Source: Acidobacteriota bacterium (GTDB lineage Bacteria; Acidobacteriota; UBA6911; RPQK01; JAJDTT01). Taken from it: DNA of 64,000 nucleotides. The notes under the pieces were generated by a model that was given only the letters and a program-made list of their open reading frames with translations, had not been told where the DNA came from and searched no databases. Position numbers and translations under genes: made by a program. The DNA is taken from assembly GCA_965209055.1 (NCBI GenBank), contig OZ242374.1:4704001-4768000 (forward strand), in the 5' to 3' direction. Every line of letters starts with the position of its first letter. The first letter of the stretch is position 1. Of this stretch, positions 29,392-40,208 are shown one piece after another.

Positions 29392-29775
29392 ATGAACGCA
29401 CAACGCTTGAATCCCCCGTCTCTGCCGACGCCGGCAGCCGCGTATTCCCAGGTGGTCCGGAAAGGGACGCTCGTGATCACGGCGGGACAGATCGCCTTCG
29501 ACGCCGACAGCAATCTGGTGGGCGAAGGCGATATCGAGGCCCAGACACGGCAGACACTCGAGAACCTGAAAACGGCCCTTGAGGCCGCTGGCGCCTCGTT
29601 GGACGACGTGATCAAGGTCACCGTCTTTTTGAGCGACATGGTCTATTACCAAGGCATGAACGCCGTCTTCAACGAGTATTTCGAGGGGCGCCCTCCCGCA
29701 CGCTCCACCGTCCAGTCGGGCCTGGTCCTCCCTTCCCTGCTGGTGGAGATCGAAGCCATCGCCGTGGTGGATTGA
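29392..29775 (+). CDS. RidA/YjgF family protein
   Basis: YSQ, AGQI, QTRQTLENL, PARS, VEIEAIA. Confidence 0.92.
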   Translation: MNAQRLNPPSLPTPAAAYSQVVRKGTLVITAGQIAFDADSNLVGEGDIEAQTRQTLENLKTALEAAGASLDDVIKVTVFLSDMVYYQGMNAVFNEYFEGRPPARSTVQSGLVLPSLLVEIEAIAVVD

Positions 29776-29785
29776 CGTCCGACAA

Positions 29786-31351
29786 ATGAACCTGTTCGAG
29801 AGCAGCGGCGGGCTGGCGCCCATCGACTGGATCATCATCGTCCTCTACGCCGCCGGGACGATTGTGCTGGGGAGCTACTTCACCCGCCGGCAGACCAATC
29901 TGGAGGAGTACTTCACCGGCGGCGGCCGCATGAACCCCAAGCTGATCGGGGTGTCGCTCATGGCCACCTCGCTCAGCACCATCGCCTATCTGGCCATTCC
30001 CGGCGAGGCCATCGCCAACGGGCCGGTGGGTCTGGCCAACCAGCTGGCGCAACCCTTCATGTTCCTGGTGGTCGGTTTCGTCCTCATTCCCTATTTCATG
30101 CGCACACGGGTCATCAGCGCCTACGAATTGCTGGAGGCCCGCCTGGGTCTGGGAGTCCGGATGCTGGGCGCCGCCATGTTTCTCGTTTTCCGGCTGGTCT
30201 GGATGTCGCTACTGGTCTTTCTGGGCGCCAACGCACTGGCCATCATGATGGGCCTGGACGAATCCTGGATTCCCTGGATCACCCTGATCACGGGAATGGT
30301 GGCCGTCACCTACACCTCCCTGGGCGGGCTCCGGGCCGTTGTCATCACCGACAGTTTCCAGACCATCTTCATGTTGGGAGGCGCCATCCTGGTGATCGGA
30401 CTGGTGAGCCATCGGTTGGATGGCTTCGGCTGGTTTCCCACCTCCTGGCAACCCCACTGGGACGAGCAACCCCTGTTCAGCTTCGACCCTTCCGTCCGGA
30501 TGAGCATCCTGGGCACGGCCTTCTCCACCTTCGTCCTGGCGACCTGCGGCCTGGGGGGCGACCAGACCAAGATCCAAAGACTGATGGCCACCGTTGACGC
30601 CCGGGCCGCCCGGCAGGCCTACCTGGTCAACCAGATCGTCGGCGTGACCATCGTTCTGGTCCTCTGGATTGTGGGATTCGCCCTGATGGGGCTGGTCCGG
30701 AGCCATCCGGACCTGCTGCCTGCCGGAATGGACATCGTCCGCAATGGTGACAGTCTGTTTCCCTACTTCATCGCCCACCTGTTGCCGCCCGGGATCTCGG
30801 GCCTGGTGGCGGCCGCCATGCTGGCCGCCGCCATGTCCAGCATCGATTCCGGAGTCAACTCCATCACCGCCGTCGTCAACCGCGACTTCCTGGACCGCTT
30901 CGGGTGGTTCCCGTCCGATCCGCGGACGCAGGCGCGCTGGGCCAAGATCCTGGCCTTCGTCATCGGCGCCGTCATCGTGGGGGGGAGTTCGTACATGGGC
31001 GCCGTCCCCGGGAACATCTATGCGGTGGCCAAGAAGACCTCCGGGTTGTTGATGACACCCATGTTCGGGCTCTTCTTCTTCGCCTTCTTCGTGCCCTTCG
31101 CCCGCCCCGCCGGTGTGGCTGCGGGCGCCGTCGCGGGCATCACCACGGCGGTCCTCCTGGCCTACTCGGGACCCATCTTCGGCATGCACCCGGTGACGGG
31201 CGAGGACCCGGTGAGCTTCATCTGGATCGCCCCGGGAGCCCTGGCCGTGAACTTGGCCGTGGGCCTCTCCGTCAGCTACGTTCTGCACGTTCGGCGGAAT
31301 CGGATCCCACGCCTTCCGGACGACGGCTCCGGCCGGTGCGGTGAGAATTGA
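29786..31351 (+). CDS. Sodium:solute symporter family transporter
   Basis: SAYELLEAR, YTSLGGLRAVVITD, AAAMSSIDSGVNS. Confidence 0.92.
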   Translation: MNLFESSGGLAPIDWIIIVLYAAGTIVLGSYFTRRQTNLEEYFTGGGRMNPKLIGVSLMATSLSTIAYLAIPGEAIANGPVGLANQLAQPFMFLVVGFVLIPYFMRTRVISAYELLEARLGLGVRMLGAAMFLVFRLVWMSLLVFLGANALAIMMGLDESWIPWITLITGMVAVTYTSLGGLRAVVITDSFQTIFMLGGAILVIGLVSHRLDGFGWFPTSWQPHWDEQPLFSFDPSVRMSILGTAFSTFVLATCGLGGDQTKIQRLMATVDARAARQAYLVNQIVGVTIVLVLWIVGFALMGLVRSHPDLLPAGMDIVRNGDSLFPYFIAHLLPPGISGLVAAAMLAAAMSSIDSGVNSITAVVNRDFLDRFGWFPSDPRTQARWAKILAFVIGAVIVGGSSYMGAVPGNIYAVAKKTSGLLMTPMFGLFFFAFFVPFARPAGVAAGAVAGITTAVLLAYSGPIFGMHPVTGEDPVSFIWIAPGALAVNLAVGLSVSYVLHVRRNRIPRLPDDGSGRCGEN

Positions 31352-31369
31352 ACTCGCCGCGGAGGCGGC

Positions 31370-32998
31370 TCAGCTCCCCAGTCGGAAGGAATAGAACTTG
31401 GTGTTCCGGAACAGGAACCGGATCTTGACCTTGCGGTCTTTCAACGAGCTCAGATCCGATTGACCGCCCCAGCTCACGGTGTGAGCCAGGGCGTCGCTTC
31501 GGAGCGGATCGCAGCGGTCGGCCTCGAAGCCGGGAAGGGGCGAGCCGTTTTCGTCCAGCAGCTCGACTCGGACTTCTCCCTGGCCACCGGGATGTTGCAT
31601 CCAGCGGGATCCCTCGCGCCTCCAGACGGAAGGGTCGGAGGCGTCGGCGTTGACCACCAGACTCCCGCCCCGGCACCAGAGGGTCCGGGTCAGGACCTCC
31701 CCGGAATCGGCGCCGGCGTCCAGGGAGACGAACCCGTCGCGCCGGGCCACCGCCAGTCCGCCCGCGCCGCCGTGCAACGTCCAGGGCTGGGGCATCACTC
31801 CGTACCACCAGGCGGCCCCCCGACTTGGATATTCGGACAACGCCTCCTCGGTTCCGGGCGGCAGCGCGGCCGGCCGGTGGGCCAGGACCGACAGGTCTCC
31901 CGGCGTCAGCGAATGGGCCTCGTCCTGCCCCTGGTAGTAGACCCGGATCTCCTCCTCCAGGACCACCGGCGGACTGTAGACGTAGGCGGCGTGGGAATCG
32001 AACCGGTCCGGCATGCCGTAGGTGATGATGGGATGCCGGTTCCCGACCCGCTGCCAATCGATCCCGTCCCGGCTGAAGGCCAATTGGACGTCCACCATGA
32101 GGGAGTTGGCGTGATAAACGCTCAGGAACGCGAAATAGACGCCCCGATCCTTGAAAACGGAGGCCGTGTAGAACTGAGTGTCGAGTGGATCCTGCTCATC
32201 CGGAACCAGGACGACCTGGTTCTGGGGCAGATCCCACTTCAGGAAGTCGGGACTGGTGGACCGTCCGATGGTCCGGATGGAGACGTTGCCCATGGCCGCG
32301 ACGGGAGGTGACGGCAACGGCCGCAGGAACCCTACATACTGCTGGACCCGGTCGTCCCAGATCACCAGTCCCATGCCGATCTTCCCGTCGATGACGGGGT
32401 TCCCCTCGTAGGGGGTCCAATGGAGTCCGTCGGGCGAGAAGGCCACTCCCATGTCGCGCGACTGGTCGCCGATGCCGATGAGCGCCTTGTAACGCCTTTG
32501 GGGGTCGGGTTCCCGCCGATCGTAGAGGGAGGGCCGGTAGGGGACGGCGTTGTTCTTGCGTCCGTGACCGGGCAGGTCGATCAGGCCCAGGTCCGGCTTC
32601 TCCCACACGATTCCGTCCGTGGAGACGGCATAGGCCCGGCCGGCATGGGACCGGTCGACTCGCAGGTACTTCTCACCCGGCTTCTGGTCCCGATCGATGT
32701 AGACGTACCACATCTTGTAGAGGCGGTCTTTCTCGTCGAAGACCACGAAGTTGGGATTCGTATACTGTCCCTCCCAGGGCCGGTCCGGTCTCAAGATGGG
32801 ATTGGCGGGATGCTTTTCGAGGGGATTCAGGCGCCGGGTCACCTGGCGCATCGCCTGCACCACATGGTCGTCCACGAAGAGCTGGAACTGGCCGGCAACC
32901 TCCAGGACTTGCTCCGGCGGCGCCCCCCCTCCGCACGCTCCCAAAAGCGCAACGAGGATAATCCAGACAGTCCACTTCCCTTCCCGAGGCAATCTCAC
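31370..32998 (-). CDS. Five-bladed beta-propeller glycoside hydrolase-like lipoprotein (GH32/43 clan-like)
   Basis: QLFVDD, KHPANPIL, YAVSTDGIVWEKP, S.DG..W repeats, RRDGFVSL; GTG 32998 with RBS AAGGAG. Confidence 0.75.
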   Translation of the reverse strand: MRLPREGKWTVWIILVALLGACGGGAPPEQVLEVAGQFQLFVDDHVVQAMRQVTRRLNPLEKHPANPILRPDRPWEGQYTNPNFVVFDEKDRLYKMWYVYIDRDQKPGEKYLRVDRSHAGRAYAVSTDGIVWEKPDLGLIDLPGHGRKNNAVPYRPSLYDRREPDPQRRYKALIGIGDQSRDMGVAFSPDGLHWTPYEGNPVIDGKIGMGLVIWDDRVQQYVGFLRPLPSPPVAAMGNVSIRTIGRSTSPDFLKWDLPQNQVVLVPDEQDPLDTQFYTASVFKDRGVYFAFLSVYHANSLMVDVQLAFSRDGIDWQRVGNRHPIITYGMPDRFDSHAAYVYSPPVVLEEEIRVYYQGQDEAHSLTPGDLSVLAHRPAALPPGTEEALSEYPSRGAAWWYGVMPQPWTLHGGAGGLAVARRDGFVSLDAGADSGEVLTRTLWCRGGSLVVNADASDPSVWRREGSRWMQHPGGQGEVRVELLDENGSPLPGFEADRCDPLRSDALAHTVSWGGQSDLSSLKDRKVKIRFLFRNTKFYSFRLGS

Positions 32999-33027
32999 GG
33001 CATCTCCTTTAATTTTCAACCCGCGGG

Positions 33028-34521
33028 TCAGGCCAGAATGGGTTTCACCACCCGCGCCGGTTCGACGCCGGTCAGGCGGTGATCCAGCCCCTGATAGCGG
33101 AAGGTGAAGCGCTCGTGGTCGATGCCGAAGAGCGAAAGGATGGTGGCCTGAAAGTCGCGCACATGGACCGGGTCGCGCACGATGTTGTAGGAGAAGTCGT
33201 CGGTTTCGCCGTGGACGACGCCCCCCTTGATGCCGCCCCCGGCCATCCAGAGGCTGAAACAGCGGGGATGGTGATCCCGCCCGTAGGTCGTTTCGGTGAG
33301 CTTGCCCTGGCAGTAGACGGTGCGGCCGAACTCGCCGCCCCAGATCACCAGGGTGTCTTCCAGCAACCCTCTCTGTTTCAGGTCCTGGACCAGCCCCCAG
33401 CACCCCTGGTCCACGTCCTTGCATTGGCTGGGCATGACCTGGGGCACCTCGCGGTGCACGTCCCAACCTCGATGGTAGATCTGGACGAAGCGAACGTTGC
33501 GCTCGGCCAGACGGCGCGCCATCAGGCAACTGTACGCGAAAGTCCCGGGGACCTTCGCGTCCTCTCCGTAGAGCTTGTAGGTGCTCTCCGGTTCCTTGGA
33601 GAGGTCGGTCAGCTCCGGCACCGAGGTCTGCATCCGGAACGCCATCTCGTACTGCTCGATCCGGGACAGGGTCTCCGGGTCTCCGATCTGCTGGTGCTGG
33701 AGCCGGTTCATCTCGGCCAGAGAATCCAGCATCCGGCGGCGGACCTGGCCCGGCACGCCGTCAGGATTGTTCACGTAAAGGACCGGGTCGCCGGTGGACC
33801 GTAGCGAAACCCCTGCGAACTTGGAGGAGAGGAAGCCGGAGGTCCAGAGCTTGGCCGAAATGGCCTGCACGTTGGCTTTGGGATGGGAATGGGAGGCGTT
33901 GAGGACTACGAAAGTGGGCAGGTCCTGGTTCATGCTGCCCAGTCCATAGGCCAGCCAGGAGCCGATGCAGGGCCGTCCGGCCACTTCACGCCCGGTCTGG
34001 ATGAAGGTGATGGCCGGTTCGTGATTGATGGCCTCCGTGTGCATGGACCGGATGATGGCCAGGTCATCCACCATGCCTGCCGTGTAGGGCAGGAGCTCGG
34101 AGACCCAAGCCCCACTCTGCCCGTGCTGCTGGAACTTGAAGGCGGAGGGAACGATGGGGAACCGTTCCTGTCCCGAGGTCATGGTGGTCAGCCGCTGCCC
34201 CTTTCGAATCGAGTCGGGCAGGTCCTTGTCCAACCATTTCTCCATCTCCGGCTTGTAGTCGAAGGTCTCCATCTGGGGCGGCGCCCCGACCATGTGCATG
34301 TAGATGGCCCGCTTGGCCTTGGGAGCGAAGTGGGGCAGATGGGGAAGCCCGCCCGTCCGGTCCAGTGCGGTGGCGCCGGCGGCCCGGGTGTCCTCGCCCA
34401 GAAGCGTGGCCAGGGCGGCCAGTCCGAGACCCCGGGCGCCCCGGGCGAAGAGTTGACGGCGAGTCTCGATTCGAACCGCTTCGTCCGAAAGAATTCCGGG
34501 AGGAGTCAGATAGCAGGTCAT
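33028..34521 (-). CDS. DUF1501 domain protein (Tat-exported)
   Basis: [40 protein letters not shown]. Confidence 0.92.
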   Translation of the reverse strand: MTCYLTPPGILSDEAVRIETRRQLFARGARGLGLAALATLLGEDTRAAGATALDRTGGLPHLPHFAPKAKRAIYMHMVGAPPQMETFDYKPEMEKWLDKDLPDSIRKGQRLTTMTSGQERFPIVPSAFKFQQHGQSGAWVSELLPYTAGMVDDLAIIRSMHTEAINHEPAITFIQTGREVAGRPCIGSWLAYGLGSMNQDLPTFVVLNASHSHPKANVQAISAKLWTSGFLSSKFAGVSLRSTGDPVLYVNNPDGVPGQVRRRMLDSLAEMNRLQHQQIGDPETLSRIEQYEMAFRMQTSVPELTDLSKEPESTYKLYGEDAKVPGTFAYSCLMARRLAERNVRFVQIYHRGWDVHREVPQVMPSQCKDVDQGCWGLVQDLKQRGLLEDTLVIWGGEFGRTVYCQGKLTETTYGRDHHPRCFSLWMAGGGIKGGVVHGETDDFSYNIVRDPVHVRDFQATILSLFGIDHERFTFRYQGLDHRLTGVEPARVVKPILA

Positions 34522-37500
34522 TTGTTCAACACCTCGTCCAGATTCATGAGCTGATTGGCCACCATGGTCCAAGCGGCGAACTCGGCCTTGGGAAGGCTCT
34601 CGTCGGCTTCGGAATCGCCCACCGAGAGGGCTTTCCCAGCCTGGTCGGGGTGGTCCGCGTAATAGCTCAGGTAATCGCTGAAAGCCTTCCGGGCCACCTC
34701 CTGCTCCGCCTCATGGAGAGAACGCGCCAAGAGATGGGAGGCCATGAAGTCGAGCCGCTGGTCCGCACCCGGCGCCGCCTGCATGGCCCGCTGGGCCAGG
34801 TGGCGGGCGGCTTCGAAAAACTGGACTCCATTGAGCGTCAGCAGGGCCTGTAAGGGGGTGTTCGTTCGCTCGCGCCGAACCGTGCATTCCTCCCGGGTGG
34901 GAGCATTGAAGACCACCAGTTGCGGCGGAGGCGCGGCCCGCTTCCAGAAGGTGTAAAGGCTCCTCCGGTAAATGTCCGATCCCGAGTCCTGCGTGTAGAA
35001 GCGGGTGTTGCTGCCCTCCATGGCCACCGCTTCCCACAGCCCCTCCGGCTGGTAGGTCTTGACGCTGCGTCCGCCGATTCGACGCTCCAGCAGTCCGCTG
35101 GCGGCCAGGGCGTAGTCCCGCACCATCTCCCCGTCCATGCGAAAACGGGGCCCCCGCGAGAAGAGGCGGTTTCCCGGATCCTTCTTGACCTTCTCGTCGG
35201 TGGCCCGGGCCGACTGCCGGTAGGTGGCCGAATCCAGCATCAGGCTGAAGAGATGCTTCACGTCCCAACCCGAATCCCGGAACTCCACGGCCAGCCAATC
35301 CAGGAGCTGCGGGTGCGTGGGCGCCTCGCCCTGGGACCCGAAGTCTTCCGACGTCCTGACCAGACCCGTTCCGAAGACTTCCTGCCAGAAGCGGTTCACC
35401 ATGACGCGGCTCGTGAGCGGGTTGTCGTCCGCCACCAGCCAACGCGCCAATCCCAGCCGGTTCCGCGGGAGGTTCGGGTCCATGGCGGGCAGAACACCCG
35501 GCGTGGCCGGCTGCACCTCATCGCCCCGCTGGTCGTACATCCCGCGGCGGAGGATGTGGGCCATGGGATCGCTTTCCGCGTTCTCCCGCATCACGTGGGT
35601 CAGACTGCTCCCGCGGAGGATCGAGCGCCGCTCGTCCTGAAGCGATTTCAAGTGCCGGGCCACCTCCCCGAACTCGGCGTGCCGGCGAACCAGAAAATAG
35701 GCCCGGAGCGCCTCCCGGTCGACGGCATTCGGCTTTGCCGCGTCCTGTTTCCGCAACGCAGTCAGCGAATCCCACTGCGCCAACAGCCGGGCTTCGGACT
35801 CCCCCACCGCCCGGTTCAGAATCCTGAACTGACGGATCGAACCGTTCAGAAAGTCGAACTTGCCGGCGGACGGCCGGTCTCCGGCGCCCAGCACCAAGGG
35901 CGTGCTGTTTTTGATCGATCCCTCCAGGACCCGGATGGCCCGGCCGAAGCCCTGGGTGGGCACAACGGTGCCGTCGAGGTAGAGGTTCATGCCCGTACGC
36001 TGGCGCAGGCCGTCATAGGTGACAATCACGTTGTGCCACTGATCCGGCACCAGCTTGTTCTCCTCGACGCCGCGGATCCCCATGTTGCGGCCATCCTTCA
36101 CCTGGAGGTTCAGCGACGGCCGGTCGCCGCTGATCTCCAAACTCCAGCCGCGGTTTTCATCATCGGGATCGACCTGCCGGGCCAGCATCATGCGGGAGCC
36201 CCCCTTCCAAAACCGGAAGGTCACGGAAAGGGTGAAGGGGCGGTCTGCCTGGAGCCCTGGGAAATCCTCGATCTCCAGGTAAGACTCATCGGGCAATTCC
36301 AGGGAAGGGATGGCGCCCGACCGATCGATTCGGGAGGAACCGGACAACGCTAGTTCTCTTTTCTCCGAACCGGCGCGGAGGTGGGGCGTCTCCCCCAGTT
36401 CCAGGGAGAAGACCTGGGAACCGTCGAATTCGTCCAGATCCAAATCGAGATCCCGGTCCGAGTCCAGCCAGCGGCGGAACTCCTCGTCCGCGGCCTGCTC
36501 GATCTGGTCCCGCTTGTCTCTGGCGGCCGGCTCTTCCTGCCTCAATTCCTCCCACCTGATGGCGTCGCTTCTGGCCGGCACGATCATCACTGGAGGCGGG
36601 TCGAAGGCGTTTCCGTCCAGGGGTTTCTGGGTCGTATTGCGGAAGAAGGCGGCCAACGAGTAGAAGTCCTTCTGGGTGATGGGATCGAACTTGTGGTCAT
36701 GGCAGGTGGCGCAGCCCACCGTCAGGCCCAGCCAGACCGTGCCGGTGGTGTCGACCCGGTCCTTGGCGTACATGACCTCCACTTCCTCCTTGATGACGCC
36801 CCCTTCGTTGGTGGTGATGTTGCAGCGATGGAAACCGGTGGCGACGAGTTGCTCCGGTGTCGGGTCCGGCAGCAGGTCGCCGGCCAATTGCTCCACCGTA
36901 AACTGGTCGAAGGGAAGGTTCCGGTTGAAGGCCCGGATGACCCAGTCGCGATAGGCCCACATCTCGCGGTAGTTGTCGATGTGCAGGCCGTGGGTGTCGC
37001 CGTAGCGGGCCGCATCGAGCCAATAGCGGCCCCGGTGCTCCCCGTAAGCTGCGGACCGCATCCGGCCGTCGACCCACCTGGAGTAAGCATCCGAAGAGGC
37101 ATCCGCCACGAACTGCTCCACCTCATGCGGGAGGGGCGGCAACCCGGTGAGGTCCAGGGAGGTCCGCCGAGCCAACGTGCGGCGGTCCGCCTCCCGGGCC
37201 GGCGTCAAGTCCTCCTTCTCGAGTCGGGCCAGGACAAAGCGGTCGATGGGATTGCGGACCCATTCCGGGGACTGGACCTGGGGGAGCGGGGGCCGGGTCA
37301 GAGGAGCGAAGGACCAGTGCTCCTCCCACGGAGCTCCCTCCTCGATCCAACGCCGCACCACCTGGATCTGATCTTCCGTCAGTTCCTTGTGGGCGTACTT
37401 GGGCGGCATCCGCAGGGCGGCATCCGGGTGAGTGATCCGCTGGTAGACGAGGCTTGACTCCGGGTCGCCTGGAGCAACCGGCGACCCCGCGGGCCGCTGG

Positions 37501-37769
37501 GAAAAGACGCCCTCCTCCAGGTCCAGTCTCAAGTCGGCCAGCCGGGCCTTGGGATCCGGGCCGTGACACTCGAAGCAGGAGTCGGAAAGGATGGGCCGCA
37601 CCTGCGACTGAAAGTCCACCGGCGCCTCGTCCCCCGCCGCGCCCGACGGCGGCGCACTCAACACCGCAACACCGGTAAGCACTGTCACCAGAACCGCTGA
37701 TACCTGTCTGAAAGACAACCTTGTAGGCAAGATAGCGCCTATTCTACACGGTTCCCCTGCGTGACTCAC
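34518..37769 (-). CDS. Planctomycete-type cytochrome c protein (PSCyt1/DUF1549/LamG/DUF1553)
   Basis: [44 protein letters not shown]; start uncertain. Confidence 0.92.
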   Translation of the reverse strand: MSHAGEPCRIGAILPTRLSFRQVSAVLVTVLTGVAVLSAPPSGAAGDEAPVDFQSQVRPILSDSCFECHGPDPKARLADLRLDLEEGVFSQRPAGSPVAPGDPESSLVYQRITHPDAALRMPPKYAHKELTEDQIQVVRRWIEEGAPWEEHWSFAPLTRPPLPQVQSPEWVRNPIDRFVLARLEKEDLTPAREADRRTLARRTSLDLTGLPPLPHEVEQFVADASSDAYSRWVDGRMRSAAYGEHRGRYWLDAARYGDTHGLHIDNYREMWAYRDWVIRAFNRNLPFDQFTVEQLAGDLLPDPTPEQLVATGFHRCNITTNEGGVIKEEVEVMYAKDRVDTTGTVWLGLTVGCATCHDHKFDPITQKDFYSLAAFFRNTTQKPLDGNAFDPPPVMIVPARSDAIRWEELRQEEPAARDKRDQIEQAADEEFRRWLDSDRDLDLDLDEFDGSQVFSLELGETPHLRAGSEKRELALSGSSRIDRSGAIPSLELPDESYLEIEDFPGLQADRPFTLSVTFRFWKGGSRMMLARQVDPDDENRGWSLEISGDRPSLNLQVKDGRNMGIRGVEENKLVPDQWHNVIVTYDGLRQRTGMNLYLDGTVVPTQGFGRAIRVLEGSIKNSTPLVLGAGDRPSAGKFDFLNGSIRQFRILNRAVGESEARLLAQWDSLTALRKQDAAKPNAVDREALRAYFLVRRHAEFGEVARHLKSLQDERRSILRGSSLTHVMRENAESDPMAHILRRGMYDQRGDEVQPATPGVLPAMDPNLPRNRLGLARWLVADDNPLTSRVMVNRFWQEVFGTGLVRTSEDFGSQGEAPTHPQLLDWLAVEFRDSGWDVKHLFSLMLDSATYRQSARATDEKVKKDPGNRLFSRGPRFRMDGEMVRDYALAASGLLERRIGGRSVKTYQPEGLWEAVAMEGSNTRFYTQDSGSDIYRRSLYTFWKRAAPPPQLVVFNAPTREECTVRRERTNTPLQALLTLNGVQFFEAARHLAQRAMQAAPGADQRLDFMASHLLARSLHEAEQEVARKAFSDYLSYYADHPDQAGKALSVGDSEADESLPKAEFAAWTMVANQLMNLDEVLNK

Positions 37770-37789
37770 TAGTTCGGAGGAAAGAGCAA

Positions 37790-38326
37790 ATGGGAATAAG
37801 GAAAGAGCGCTGTGTTGGCGGGACTAACTTGTCGGACGAACTGCGCAACATTGAAACCAGAGGCGGATCTTTCGGAGAAGGGGTTGGTTCGGCCGCGGCC
37901 ATTAGGAGCGCCATCACGCAGCCGAGGCACAAGTCCGTGTCTTGCTGCGTCGCACAATTCATCTCCAGGAACGCGGGCTGGCTGGAGGAATCCGGGACTG
38001 GAGAAGATATGATCCAATATCCCACATTGATGGATGGTGAGGCGGGGGTCTACGGTGTTTCGTTTCCCGATCTGCCGGGGATCGTCGCCATGGGAGCGAC
38101 CAAGGACGAGGCCCTGCTGCAGGCAGAACGGGCTCTTGGAAACTATGCGGTCGAAACCGAACGAGCCGGTGAAGACATGAATCCGCCGATGCGCCCGAGC
38201 AGATCGAAATCCCGACTGGGCACACCCTGGTGTCCGGTCGGATCCCCCCGTGGCGCCAGTGGAGGGTACTCGTCAAGACGAACTGGAAGTGATGGAGACG
38301 AATTTGGCAGCAGTGGCTCACAATAG
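37790..38326 (+). pseudogene. Decayed hicA-hicB toxin-antitoxin pair
   Basis: PRHKSVSCCVAQFISRNAGWL resembles a HicA C-terminus, read through into HicB-like YGVSFPDLPG.VAMGAT.DEAL (ATG 38009); apparent frameshift near 38185. Confidence 0.65.
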
Positions 38327-38409
38327 CCGAAACCGACACTCGATTGCCTTCGAGATTTGATCTCTTGTGAACCGGCTGACCTTGCCGGGCACGGGCCCGC
38401 TATAACTTG

Positions 38410-39165
38410 CTAATCCGTGACGCGGCGATAAAGCGATCTTGGATGTGAGCCACTGCCACCGGGTTCGGGGCGGGCTCCCGTGTCCTCATAGCCGAGCCAC
38501 GGCTTGGAGCTGTCTGCAACCAGCAGGAACTTCGGCAGGACGCCGGTGCTCCTGGCAATGCGATCCAGCAACCCACCTAGGTCGAAACGGTCGTAATTGC
38601 CACCAAAGCCATGATCCTGGATCACCGCCAGATACGGCGGGGGGGTACCGTCGCCCTGGCAGTACAGCGCGTCGTAGCTGGCAATCCCGTCACCGCCGAT
38701 GAACAGAATCGCAAGGCGTCGCGGTCCATGGTCTTCACCGCCGCGCTGTCGGTCCAGAACAACAAACCAACCGAACGGTTCAACCCAACTGTTCCTTGAA
38801 TGCTTGAGATCGTCTGCGGAAACGTGCGGCGTCCATCCGCCGGGCCGCAAGGCGTCCTTGGACACCTCCTCCTGATGGGCAATAGCATATCCGCGAAAGC
38901 TCTGTTCCCGGCTGTTCACGCGTGCGACAAGCGTGCCCGGGTCAACTCCGTAGTCGACGTATATGAAGGTGTGAGCGGCGTGAGACAACGCGCAGAGTTT
39001 CACCGGTTGTCCGTCATTTCCGCTACCCGGATAGTAGACGGTGCGGGCGGAGAAGAAAGTCTCACGGTCGAAGCGTGGAGGGTGGTTACCGGCAAGCCGC
39101 TCGGGCAGTGGTTCTGGGTCGCACCGCATAATATCTACGATGGTCGGTATAGGAGTTTCCTGCAT
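38410..39165 (-). CDS. Hypothetical protein with methyltransferase-like YYPGSGxD motif
   Basis: VYYPGSGNDG...FIYVDY; RBS GAGGAAAG. Confidence 0.6.
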   Translation of the reverse strand: MQETPIPTIVDIMRCDPEPLPERLAGNHPPRFDRETFFSARTVYYPGSGNDGQPVKLCALSHAAHTFIYVDYGVDPGTLVARVNSREQSFRGYAIAHQEEVSKDALRPGGWTPHVSADDLKHSRNSWVEPFGWFVVLDRQRGGEDHGPRRLAILFIGGDGIASYDALYCQGDGTPPPYLAVIQDHGFGGNYDRFDLGGLLDRIARSTGVLPKFLLVADSSKPWLGYEDTGARPEPGGSGSHPRSLYRRVTD

Positions 39166-39243
39166 GGTCGTCTTTCCTCACTGTCCTCCCCGCACCGCCG
39201 ACGCTCGGCATCTTGCGATGCGGCAGTACAGGAACGAGTCGTG

Positions 39244-39264
39244 GCAGAGAAGCTGACTGTCCCC
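39244..39264 (+). repeat. Junction motif copy 1
   Basis: GCAGAGAAGCTGACTGTCCCC, 19/21 identical to copy 3. Confidence 0.65.
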
Positions 39265-39310
39265 CTTCTCATCCTTGCAGTTGGGTGCCAAGTCCTGGCC
39301 GCCCAACCCG

Positions 39311-40054
39311 CTAACTTCGGACTCCGCTCCGTCGGCTGACGCGATTGAGCCGGTGCTCGAAGTACCGGCGGAACACTGCGTTCTCCGGATACGATGCCGG
39401 ATCAGCCCAGATTGCCCCAAGGCGGCCCACTAATCCGGCAATCCAATCCGCTGCCTGGAGAGTCTGATACCGGTGGCTTTCCAGATGGAACGGTGGCTCA
39501 ATAAGATGACGGCGCCGTTCCGTCCTCGCATACATGCTCCGTGCCGCTTCGGTTATCAGGGCAGATCGCTGATCGTGTTCGTCGAGAATCAGGACGAAAT
39601 TCCCAGGCGGACTACAATCCTCTTCGCAGAATCCGTCAATCCGCTTGATCGCCTCAAGAAATACCCGTGTGTAGAGCCTGTTCGAATTGTGCTCCCTCGC
39701 CGCCGTAGTCTTCTTGAGACCGACATAGAAGACGAATCCGCCGAGCGCTTCGATCTTGTTGAACAACCGGTTGGTGAACTTCCTGAGTTTTGCGTACCGC
39801 GTCACGTTCTTGACGGTGTAGAGGCTCGCCCCCTTCTTTTCCCATAGGGCGGGATGTTTCCCCGACCGGTTGATCTCAAAACTGAGGAGCTCGCACTTGC
39901 GCTGGAAGAACCAGGATCCGAACCCACGCACCACTTCGGAAGCGAGGGCGAAGCCCGCCAAGCCGAACACTGGACTGTCCTTGTACCTTCGGTCTCGCCT
40001 TCTGACGTAGGGGCCGAAATGTCCGAGTTCATCAAGATAAGCGAAGTACGTCAC
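39311..40054 (-). CDS. DUF3800 family (RNase H-like fold) protein
   Basis: YFAYLDELG, FVLILDE, S..YQTLQAADWIAG. Confidence 0.85.
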   Translation of the reverse strand: MTYFAYLDELGHFGPYVRRRDRRYKDSPVFGLAGFALASEVVRGFGSWFFQRKCELLSFEINRSGKHPALWEKKGASLYTVKNVTRYAKLRKFTNRLFNKIEALGGFVFYVGLKKTTAAREHNSNRLYTRVFLEAIKRIDGFCEEDCSPPGNFVLILDEHDQRSALITEAARSMYARTERRRHLIEPPFHLESHRYQTLQAADWIAGLVGRLGAIWADPASYPENAVFRRYFEHRLNRVSRRSGVRS

Positions 40055-40069
40055 CGATGGGGTCTCCGG

Positions 40070-40099
40070 AAACACGAAAGCCCGTGCCGGAGCACGGGC
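40070..40099 (-). terminator. Intrinsic terminator immediately upstream of the DUF3800 gene
   Basis: 8-bp perfect stem GCCCGTGC/GCACGGGC followed by TTTCGTGTTT on the minus strand. Confidence 0.6.
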
Positions 40100-40208
40100 C
40101 TCGGAAAGAGAGCAGGACGAGCTTGCATCTCACAAACAACTATACCTCTTCGAAGATGATCTGCCGAAAATGGTGGGAAGCGGTCCTATTTCCAGAAATG
40201 CTCGACCG

